Origin: an uncultured Alphaproteobacteria bacterium
GTDB taxonomy: Bacteria > Pseudomonadota > Alphaproteobacteria > Rhizobiales > Hyphomicrobiaceae
DNA: 64,000 nt
Assembly (NCBI GenBank): GCA_963840415.1
Contig: CAWIYX010000022.1
Location: forward strand, 95,199-159,198
Reading direction: 5' to 3'
Shown here one piece after another: positions 22,480 through 30,993 of the stretch (within the stretch, counting starts at the first letter, position 1; each line of letters begins with the position of its first letter). Position numbers and translations under genes: made by a program. The notes under the pieces are model-generated. The model was not told the origin of the DNA, searched no databases, and saw nothing but the letters and a program-made list of their open reading frames with translations.

Positions 22480-24843
22480 ATGTCGTCGCCAAATCCAATG
22501 GCGCCTGATGACCTCAGCGAGGCCGAGCGCTTCCTCCTGCTCGCCGCGGGGCGCGGGGAGACGGCGGACCTCAAACGGCACACGATCCGCGGCAGCGTCG
22601 TCCGCGACCTCATCCTCGAAGCCCGACCCGGCTGGTCCGTCGCCGACTCGGGTCTGCGCATCCAGCGCGCCATCATCGAAGGCGGGCTCGATCTCGAGGG
22701 CTGCACCGTCGCGAAGCCGCTGCTCTTCTGGCATTCCCGCATCGAGGGGGGCGGCGACCGTGGTGCCGTGCTCTTGCGCGATGCGCGCTTGAAGCGCCTC
22801 GGCATCCATTCCTCGACCATCGACGGCGCGATCATCGCCGACCGCGTCGACATCGAGAACGGCTTCTTCCTGGGCGGCGGGTTGGTCAAGGGGGCCCTAC
22901 AGATCCGCGGCTCCGACGTGAACGGGGCGCTCGCCATCGAAGGGACCGAGCTCGGCGACGGCAAGCAGGCGCTGCTCGCGGCCGGCATCCGGCTCGTGGG
23001 ACCACTCATCCTGCGCCGGGCCAGGATCAAGGGCGAGGTCGCGTTCCCGCGCGCCGAGCTCGGGGCGGGAATCTATGCCGAGGACGCGGTCATCGTCCGC
23101 GACGGGATTGCAATCAACGGCGAAAGCGCGCGCGTCGTCGGCGATCTCCTGTTCGACCGCGCCAATATCACCGGCGTCCTCAAGCTCACCAACGCGCGCG
23201 TCGGCGGCCAGATTTCGGCCGAGGCGCTCGTCGTCGCTGCGACGCCCGTGGCGGTGATGGCGACCGGGCTCAACGTGGTGCAGGGGATCAACCTCTCGAA
23301 CGCACGCATTGCCGGCGCCCTGTGGCTCGAAGGTGCCGACATCGGCAAGTCGTTTCGCGCCGAGGGCGCCGAGGTCTGGGGCGAGGACACCGCGATCAGC
23401 GCCGACGTCGTCCGCATCGGCGGCAACTGGAACCTCGCCAAGTCCAAACTCGTCGGCCAGCTCGTCTGCCCGGGGTCGGAGATCAACGGCCAGCTGCGGC
23501 TGACCGAGGCTCGCATCCTCGGCAAGGACATTGCGGTCCGGGCGGACGGGGCGCGCATCCGCGGCGGCTGCTTTCTCTCGCGTGCGACCGTCGTCGGCCT
23601 CCTGCGCTTTCCGGCCGTCGAGGTCGGCAACCAGTTCCGGCTCAGGGGGGCCAAGCTCAAGGTCGAGCGCGGCGCGGCGCTGCTCGCGAGCGGGTCCACC
23701 TTCAGCCGCGATGTCGAGCTCGACCAAGGCCTCGAGAGCGAGGGGGCGCTCGTCTTCGATCAGGCGAGGATACGCGGGACGTGCGACCTGTCCGCGAGCC
23801 GGCTGCTCAGCACCGCGCTCGCCGGCGCGGCTGCTCAAGGCGAGCCCGACGCCGGGCGCGCGAACGATCTCGCCTTGAGCCTCGTCGATGCGGAGGTCGG
23901 CCGCCTCGTGATGCCGGCCGGCGCCGAGCACCGCCCGCGCGGCATCGTCGATCTTTCGCGCGCCAAAGTCGGCTCGTTCGTCGACTTCGCGGCCGCCTGG
24001 CCGCCGCCGCCAGGCCTACGGCGGCGCTCGGCCGACAGCCGCGACATCGACCATCTCGTGCTCGACGGCTTCACCTACGAGCATCTCGACAATCCCGCGG
24101 GGCTTGCGGCGACGACCGGAGCCGCAGGGCGCGACGTGCGCGTGGGACCGCGCCGCGTGCTCTGGCTCGAGGGCCAGGACAGCCGCGACCTCGCCGACCA
24201 TTTCAAGCCGCAGGCCTGGATGCAGCTCGCCAATCGGCTCGCGGAGCAGGGCTATCACGACGACGCGCGCACGATCACGATCGCGCGACGGCGCCGCGAG
24301 CTCAAGAGCCACTCGACGACCGCGGGCCAGCGCTGGCAGGGGCGCATCCTCGATCTCTTCGCGCTCTATGGCCTCAATCCTTGGCGCACGGTCCTCTGGA
24401 TGGGGCTCGTCGTCCTCGCCTTTGCCGGGCTGTGGTCCTGGGCCGCGAGCCATTGCCGCGACCCGGGCTGCTTCGACGAGACCGTGTTCGTCGTCTCGAA
24501 CCGCGATGCCTATAGCGCAGGCGACTTTCCGCGCACCTATCCGCCCTTCAATGCGCTCTCCTACTCCCTGGATGTTTTCATCCCCTTCGTCTCGTTCGGC
24601 TACGAGGACCATTGGCGCCCCAATGCCGAGTGGGGGCCCATCGCCGACGTTCCGGTCCCCAAGATCGCGGAGATCGCCCGCAACGTCGGCACGGCGGACG
24701 TCTGGTCCGTTCCATGGACGTCGGTGGCGCTGACGCGGGGCGGACTGCTCTATTCTCTCGTCGTCGTCGAGATGCTCTTGGGCCTCGTGCTCACCTCGCT
24801 CGCCGTCACCGGCTTCACCGGCCTCCTCGGCGGCAAGGAATGA
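22480..24843 (+). CDS. Beta-solenoid repeat protein with C-terminal 2TM, channel-like domain (often labelled membrane-associated oxidoreductase)
   Basis: About 48-aa repeats (A+xAxGxRxxGx+x+xxAxIxGx+x+xxAx+xG), YGLNPWR-TM, YSLDVFIPFVSFG loop, final TM EMLLGLVLTSLAV. Confidence 0.75.
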   Translation: MSSPNPMAPDDLSEAERFLLLAAGRGETADLKRHTIRGSVVRDLILEARPGWSVADSGLRIQRAIIEGGLDLEGCTVAKPLLFWHSRIEGGGDRGAVLLRDARLKRLGIHSSTIDGAIIADRVDIENGFFLGGGLVKGALQIRGSDVNGALAIEGTELGDGKQALLAAGIRLVGPLILRRARIKGEVAFPRAELGAGIYAEDAVIVRDGIAINGESARVVGDLLFDRANITGVLKLTNARVGGQISAEALVVAATPVAVMATGLNVVQGINLSNARIAGALWLEGADIGKSFRAEGAEVWGEDTAISADVVRIGGNWNLAKSKLVGQLVCPGSEINGQLRLTEARILGKDIAVRADGARIRGGCFLSRATVVGLLRFPAVEVGNQFRLRGAKLKVERGAALLASGSTFSRDVELDQGLESEGALVFDQARIRGTCDLSASRLLSTALAGAAAQGEPDAGRANDLALSLVDAEVGRLVMPAGAEHRPRGIVDLSRAKVGSFVDFAAAWPPPPGLRRRSADSRDIDHLVLDGFTYEHLDNPAGLAATTGAAGRDVRVGPRRVLWLEGQDSRDLADHFKPQAWMQLANRLAEQGYHDDARTITIARRRRELKSHSTTAGQRWQGRILDLFALYGLNPWRTVLWMGLVVLAFAGLWSWAASHCRDPGCFDETVFVVSNRDAYSAGDFPRTYPPFNALSYSLDVFIPFVSFGYEDHWRPNAEWGPIADVPVPKIAEIARNVGTADVWSVPWTSVALTRGGLLYSLVVVEMLLGLVLTSLAVTGFTGLLGGKE

Positions 24844-24974
24844 GGGCGGAATTCAAGCCCCTGAGCATAAGTCTAAGTCATCCCCAGAGAATATTGCCCC
24901 CGACCTCAGTCGCGCCTTGGTTGGCCGCGAAGGACACGCTTAGAGTACAAGCCTGAGTTTTCGGGGGGTGTAGA

Positions 24975-26423
24975 GTGAGGCGGTTACATTTCGTCGTCTC
25001 TGTCGCGTGCTTTGTAACGGTCATCGCAGCGGCTGGCAGCGCGGCTCCAAGCGAGGCGCAAGAGCGTCTCGCGATGCCCTATTCCTGCGGTTTCGAGCGC
25101 GGCCGGCTGGTTCTCAAGCCGACGGAGATGCGCACCTACACCATCTCCGGGCAGCGCCTGGCGCGCCCCTTCACCACCTGCCGCGCGGCCGGCGACTGCC
25201 GGACATTGATGGTCCATCGCTTCTCGATCCGGTGCGGAAGTGTGACCGTGCCGTGGGTGCGCGTCGCGGCGGCGCTGAAGTCATCGGCGGCCGGCCGACA
25301 CGCCTATGTCAACGGCCGGCTCCTCATCAAGAAGCCCGCCGAGCCGTCGGCGCTGGACGCGAGGCCATGCGCCGAGCTATCCGCCAAAGGGAGCACGCCC
25401 GAGTCGAAGTCAGGCGACTGCCTGCCCTGGCAGCCCGCCGCCCCGGTCGAGCGGATCGTCATGCCGGCCGGCTTCGCGCCTGTCGGCGAGATTGGCGCGC
25501 TCTTTGCCAGCAAAGCCGCGCGGACCCCGGACGACCCTGTCCCGACGCTGCAGCGGGTTTCCTCGGAAGATGGCGTCGCAGCGCTGCAGCCGGTCTCCTC
25601 CGAAGACGGCGCCGGAGCCGCGACGCTGGCCGGAGCCGGCAACTCCACTCTCGATTGGGTGACCGTGGTCGATGCCCGCGACCTCTCCGAGCCGCAAGGC
25701 ACCGAGGCCGCAATCTCGTTCCTCGCCGCTCTCGGCTTCGCCATCGTTCTGGCGGCGGGAGGCATCGGCCTCGCGTGGACGGGATATGCCTTTGTCGGCC
25801 GCAGTCAAGGAGGCGTCGCCGCCACGGCGTCTCAGGCATTTCTGATATTATGGGCGAGCCTCGTTGACGCTGTTCGCGGGCGGACCGGCTGGCGCGGCGA
25901 CGGACGCGAAGGCGGTGGTCCCGGCGACCCCAACCTTCTCAATGCGGTCAATACGGTGACCGCGCTCCTTGCACAGGCCGAGAGCTCGGTTGCCGGCCTC
26001 AAGGCGGCGACGCCGCTGCGCGACGTGCTCGAGGAGGAGCTGCGCCTCATCCGCCGCCGCCTCGCCGTTGCCAAGGCGGCCGCCCTCGACCCAAGGTCGT
26101 CGGCCGCCAAGATCGGCGCACAGCTGCGCGGCCTCGTGTTCGAGCTCGAGCGCGTGCGCCGCATCGCTGAGGGCGCGGCGGCGAGCCTTTCGGGCTCGCG
26201 CGAAGCGGTCGCCATGCCGCGCACGCTGAGCGAGGCCTACGCGATACTCGGCGTCAACAGCGACGCGAGCGACGGGATTCTCAAGAAGATCGTCGACGCG
26301 CTGCGGATGACCTGGCACCCCGACCATGCCAAGGACGAGGATGACCGGCGCCTGCGCGAGGCGCGCATCAAGCAGATCAACGTCGCCTGGGAGCTGATCG
26401 AAGGCAAGCGCCACGCGGCCTGA
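24975..26423 (+). CDS. Transmembrane J-domain protein with Cys-rich exported N-terminal domain
   Basis: Signal peptide (..SEA-QE), 6 Cys in the mature N-domain, TM at AISFLAALGFAIVLAAGGIGLAW, coiled coil, C-terminal EAYAILGV...WHPD...IKQINVAWELI. Confidence 0.82.
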   Translation: MRRLHFVVSVACFVTVIAAAGSAAPSEAQERLAMPYSCGFERGRLVLKPTEMRTYTISGQRLARPFTTCRAAGDCRTLMVHRFSIRCGSVTVPWVRVAAALKSSAAGRHAYVNGRLLIKKPAEPSALDARPCAELSAKGSTPESKSGDCLPWQPAAPVERIVMPAGFAPVGEIGALFASKAARTPDDPVPTLQRVSSEDGVAALQPVSSEDGAGAATLAGAGNSTLDWVTVVDARDLSEPQGTEAAISFLAALGFAIVLAAGGIGLAWTGYAFVGRSQGGVAATASQAFLILWASLVDAVRGRTGWRGDGREGGGPGDPNLLNAVNTVTALLAQAESSVAGLKAATPLRDVLEEELRLIRRRLAVAKAAALDPRSSAAKIGAQLRGLVFELERVRRIAEGAAASLSGSREAVAMPRTLSEAYAILGVNSDASDGILKKIVDALRMTWHPDHAKDEDDRRLREARIKQINVAWELIEGKRHAA

Positions 26424-26482
26424 GACAGCAAGGCGGCCGGCTCTGCGAGCCCGGCGAACCGGGGCTCGCGGAGCCGATGTCG

Positions 26483-27043
26483 TCATTGCAGGTGCGATGA
26501 CGATACGCCGCTCGACATGCGGTCCATTGACGGGGCTGCGCTGCGCTGCGCCCCGTCGGCGCCCGGCTTCTCGAGCTGGGGGGCGATCTCGGCCGGGTCC
26601 TTGACGCGGCGCGAGCGGCCGTCGAAGACGGCGCCCTGCTCGATGGAAAGCAAGTGGCTGTGAATGTCGCCCTCGACCTCGGCGCCCGAGTGAAGGACGA
26701 CGTGCGCGCCGAGGATCGCCCCGTTGACGCGCCCGAATACGTTGACGGTGTCGGCGGCGATCGCGCCTTCGATGGTCGCTTCCTTGCCCACCTCGAGCTG
26801 CTTGCTGTGCAGATCGGCCTGGATGTTTCCGAGCACCTTGAGCGAGCCCTTGCAGCGGATGGTGATGGTCTGCCCCTCGATCGAAAGGTCGTTGCCGATC
26901 ACGGACTGGGTGCCGCCTGCAGCGCTTATGGCATGGGCTTGATGCCGCTCAAGGCCGGTCGGCCGCTCGGGGCGCTTCATCTGTGGTGCTATGATGTCGG
27001 GTGTCGGGGTTGGGGTTGGATCGGGCTTGCGGTTGAATACCAT
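26483..27043 (-). CDS. Bactofilin (polymer-forming cytoskeletal protein)
   Basis: SVIGNDLSIEG, V.G.V.G.I, A.VEGDI, LSIEQGAVFDGRS beta-helix motifs; N-terminal MVFNRK; SD GAGGGAG. Confidence 0.9.
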   Translation of the reverse strand: MVFNRKPDPTPTPTPDIIAPQMKRPERPTGLERHQAHAISAAGGTQSVIGNDLSIEGQTITIRCKGSLKVLGNIQADLHSKQLEVGKEATIEGAIAADTVNVFGRVNGAILGAHVVLHSGAEVEGDIHSHLLSIEQGAVFDGRSRRVKDPAEIAPQLEKPGADGAQRSAAPSMDRMSSGVSSSHLQ

Positions 27044-27218
27044 GACTTACTCCCTCAACGGCGTGATCCGCACGAGGCGAGAGATGCCCGCCGAGTTGGT
27101 CGAATTGATGTCGAAGCAAGGGCTTGCTTCTGCTCAGGGAGAGACGATGGTGGGCTAGGCGCGCCGCCTGCTTCCGGCGCGACGTGGGAAGGCTCGGGCC
27201 CATCAAGGGAGCACGGCG

Positions 27219-27968
27219 ATGCGGCGCTTGGCTCTGATCCTGGTCTTGGGAATGTCGGTGATGGCGCGCGCAGCCGAGGATTGGGCGATCGCTCGCGAGA
27301 ACATGGTCGGCGAGATCGTGCGCCTCGCCCGCTCGATCGGCGAGATGGGCGGCAAGATCGGCTTCGACGAGCGCGTGCTCGCCGCCATGCGGCGCGTGCC
27401 GCGCCACGAGTTCGTACCGAAGGAGGAGCGCCGTGCCGCCTACCGCAACCGGCCGCTCCCCATCGGCCACGGGCAGACGATCTCGCAGCCCTTCATCGTC
27501 GCGCTGATGACCGACCTCCTGCGCGTCGACGAGAAGAGCAAGGTGCTCGAGGTCGGAACCGGCTCGGGCTATCAGGCGGCAGTGCTGGCCGAGCTTGCCG
27601 GCGAGGTCTATTCGATCGAGATCGTCGAGCCGCTGGGCCGGGAGGCAGCCTCCGCGCTCGCCCGTCTCGGCTACTCCAATGTCCGGACCAGGATCGGCGA
27701 CGGCTATGAAGGCTGGAAGGAGCACGCCCCCTATGACGCGATTGTCGTCACCGCGGCGCCCGATCACGTTCCCCCGGCGCTCGTCGAGCAGCTGAAGCCG
27801 GGCGGGCGGCTCGTGATCCCGGTCGGGGGCTTCTCGCAGGATCTCATGGTCATCGAAAAGCAGGCGGACGGCCGGACCACCTCGCGCGAGGTCATTCCCG
27901 TCCGGTTCGTTCCCTTGACGCGCTCCAACGACGCCGTGGATGCCGACCCGGACGAAGAGGAGGATTGA
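27219..27968 (+). CDS. pcm: Protein-L-isoaspartate O-methyltransferase with apparent signal peptide
   Basis: VPRHEFV, GQTISQP, VLEVGTGSGYQAAVL, APYDAIVVTAA, QLKPGGRLVIPVG, VRFVPL. Confidence 0.93.
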   Translation: MRRLALILVLGMSVMARAAEDWAIARENMVGEIVRLARSIGEMGGKIGFDERVLAAMRRVPRHEFVPKEERRAAYRNRPLPIGHGQTISQPFIVALMTDLLRVDEKSKVLEVGTGSGYQAAVLAELAGEVYSIEIVEPLGREAASALARLGYSNVRTRIGDGYEGWKEHAPYDAIVVTAAPDHVPPALVEQLKPGGRLVIPVGGFSQDLMVIEKQADGRTTSREVIPVRFVPLTRSNDAVDADPDEEED

Positions 27969-28048
27969 TCGCGGCTGGCCTTAGTGCGCTATAAAAAGGG
28001 CCCACTTCGGCCGTTAGAATAGACCGAGGCGGGGGACTGGAGACGAGG

Positions 28049-28264
28049 ATGGACGAGCTAGATCCGTTCGAGCCGGGCACGCATACCTTTACCGGTATCG
28101 TCAAGGCGTGGACTCCGAATTCGGCCGAGCTCGTCACCGACAGCGGGCTCACGGTGTTCCTCAGCACTCAGGGTCAGCCGCCGGTGCCCGTCGGGGCACG
28201 CATTTCCGTCGTCACGCGCAAGTACCGACCCTGCTACCTGGTGGTGAAAATCGCGGGCGGGTGA
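28049..28264 (+). CDS. Small hypothetical protein (71 aa, beta-rich, OB-fold-like)
   Basis: GGAG-containing SD region; GC3-rich codons; own -10-like TAGAAT upstream. Confidence 0.65.
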   Translation: MDELDPFEPGTHTFTGIVKAWTPNSAELVTDSGLTVFLSTQGQPPVPVGARISVVTRKYRPCYLVVKIAGG

Positions 28265-28273
28265 GGGCGCAAC

Positions 28274-30689
28274 TCACGTCCGCACCACGAAGCTGTCGAC
28301 GACGCGCTTCCTGCCCGCGTGATCGAAGTCGATCGAGAGCTTGTTGCCGTCCACTTCGGCGACGGTGCCAGGTCCGAACTTCTGGTGGAAGACGCGGGCG
28401 CCGACCTCGAAGCCTGCGCCAGGCACCGTCGATGCGGCGACGAGCTCGCCCTCGATGGTGATCGGCGTGCGGGGCTGCGTGCGCCCCTTCGCCCCGGCCT
28501 CGCGCGACCACTCGGCGGAGCGCGTCTGCGCCCGCTGCCAGCCCGGCGTCTGGTAGCTCGCCCGGAACGGGGTCTCCTGCTCGTCGAAGCGGCTCCTCCC
28601 GTACGGGTTGGCGAAGTTCTGGTAGGCGCCCCCGAACGGGCTCTTCTGCTCCTCGATCTCGACGTTCCCGTCGGGCAGCTCGTCGACGAAGCGCGACGGG
28701 ATCGCCGACTGGTAGAGGCCGCGGTTGCGCCGGTTCTGGGCAAACGAGACCTTGGCGAGGCGCTTGGCGCGCGTGAGCCCGACGTAGGCGAGGCGCCGCT
28801 CCTCCTCGAGCCCCTTCTCGCCGCTCTCGTCGAGCGAGCGCTGATGGGGAAAGAGCCCCTCCTCCCAGCCGGGGAGAAACACGGTGTCGAACTCGAGCCC
28901 CTTGGCGGCGTGGAGCGTCATGAGGCTGACGCGCTCGCCATCCTCGGCCTGGTCCGCGTCCATGACCAGGCTCACGTGCTCGAGGAAGCCCTCGAGCGTG
29001 TCGAACTCGTGCATGAAGCGCACGAGCTCCTTCAGGTTCTCGAGGCGCGAGGCGGCCTGCGGGCTGCGGTCCGCCTGCCACATGGCGGTATAGCCCGAAC
29101 TCGTCGAGGATGAGCTCGGCAAGCTCCGTGTGCTTCATGGCGCCGATCAGGCCGCGCCAGCGCGCGAAGCACTGGACGAGATCGGCGAGCGATCTGCGCG
29201 CCTTGCCCGCGAGCTCCTCCGTCTCGACGATCTCGCGGGCGGCCTGGAACAGGGGAATTCCCCGGGCGCGGGCAAGGGCATGGAGCCGCTGCAGCGTCGT
29301 GTCGCCGAGGCCGCGCTTGGGCACATTGACGATGCGCTCGAACTTGAGGTCGTTCGCAGGATTGGCGGCGACCTCGAGATAGGCGATGGCGTCCTTGATC
29401 TCGGCGCGCTCGTAGAAGCGCGGGCCGCCGATGACCCGATAGGGCAGCCCCGTCGTCACGAACCGGTCCTCGAAGGCGCGCATCTGGAAGGAGGCGCGCA
29501 CGAGGATCGCGATCTCGTTCAAGGAATGTCCCGCCGCGCGGAGGCCCTCGATCGCCTCGCCGATCCCGCGCGCCTCCTCCTCGTCGTCCCAGACGCCGGT
29601 GACCGTCACTTTCGCGCCGAGCTCGCCGTCGGTGAAGAGCGTCTTGCCGAGCCGGCCACGATTGCGGGAGATGAGCCCCGCCGCCGCCGAGAGAATGTGG
29701 CCCGTGGACCGGTAGTTGCGCTCGAGGCGGATGACGCGGGCGCCGGGGAAGTCGTTCTCGAAGCGCAGGATGTTGTCGACCTCGGCCCCGCGCCAGCCGT
29801 AGATCGACTGGTCGTCGTCGCCCACGCAGCAGATGTTGGGCGAGCCCTGGGCGAGGAGCTTGAGCCAGAGGTATTGGGCGACGTTGGTGTCCTGGTACTC
29901 GTCGACGAGGATGAAGCGGAAGCGGCGCTGGTAGTCGGCGAGCACGTCGTGGTTCTCGCGAAAGAGCCTCAAGCCTTCGAGGAGGAGGTCGCCGAAGTCG
30001 GCGGCGTTGAGCTCCTTCAGGCGTCGCTGATAGGCGCCGTAGAGCTTGGCGCCCCGTCCCTGAGCGAAGCCGAAGGCCTCGCCGGGGGGGACCTTGTCGG
30101 GGGTGAGGCCGCGGTTCTTCCAGCCGTCGATCAGGGCCGCGAGCTGGCGCGCCGGCCAGCGGTCCTTGTCGAGACCGTCCGCCTCGATCACCTGCTTGAT
30201 GAGGCGGACCTGATCGTCGGCGTCGAGGATGGTGAAGCCGGACTTCAGGCCGACGAGCTCGGCATGGCGGCGCAGGATCTTGACGCCGATGGCGTGGAAC
30301 GTGCCGAGCCAGGGCATGGCCTCGACCGCCCCGCCGACGAGGGCGGCGATGCGGTCCTTCATCTCGCGCGCGGCCTTGTTGGTGAAGGTGACGGCGAGGA
30401 TCTGATGGCCCTGCGCACGCCCTGTCGCCAGGATGTGGGCGATGCGGGTGGTGAGCACGCGCGTCTTGCCGGTGCCGGCCCCCGCCAAAACCAGGACCGG
30501 GCCGTCGAGCGCCATCGCCGCCTGGCGCTGCTCCTCGTTGAGCCCGTGCAGATAGAGCGGAGCGGCGGACACGGCGCGGGCGCGCTGAGACAGGGACTCC
30601 CGGGGCTTGTCGCCGCCGGCATTGGCCTCGGGGAGATCGAAGGGTGGCAGATCGCCGTCCTCGGGACCCGGATCCGGCCGGCTGTTCAT
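28274..30689 (-). CDS. uvrD: UvrD/PcrA-family DNA helicase (frameshift at about 29098, likely sequencing error)
   Basis: AGAGTGKT, VDEYQD, VGDDDQSIYGWRGA, RNYRST in one frame; MTLHAAKGLEF, EERRLAYV and Tudor tail in the next; removing 1 nt gives 805 codons. Confidence 0.93.
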
Positions 30690-30698
30690 GGAATGTTT
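30684..30698 (-). promoter_or_regulatory. Candidate alphaproteobacterial LexA box at the uvrD start
   Basis: GTTC-N7-GTTT (one mismatch to GTTC-N7-GTTC), downstream of -10 TATAGT (30727-30722). Confidence 0.4.
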
Positions 30699-30993
30699 TT
30701 GATTCGAGGGCATCCGCTGCAACTATAGCACCGCCGCCGGAGAGGCAATCGGCCGCCATGCACGCTCCCACACGAGAGATGGGTGGATTGAAGCTACAAG
30801 TAAACTAGGCCGTCAGAAAAAGCCCCAATTGAGGTTCAGAGTTTCATGCCAATCGGCTATGGTGCGGCGAGATCGAATTCGGCACGTGCGAACCTGACTG
30901 TCGGGCGGAAATGGTCCACAGGCGGAGCGGCTTAGCTTCGGCCCCGACGGATCGGCGCTCCTTCGCCGCGGATGCAGGGCAGACGCAACGCGA

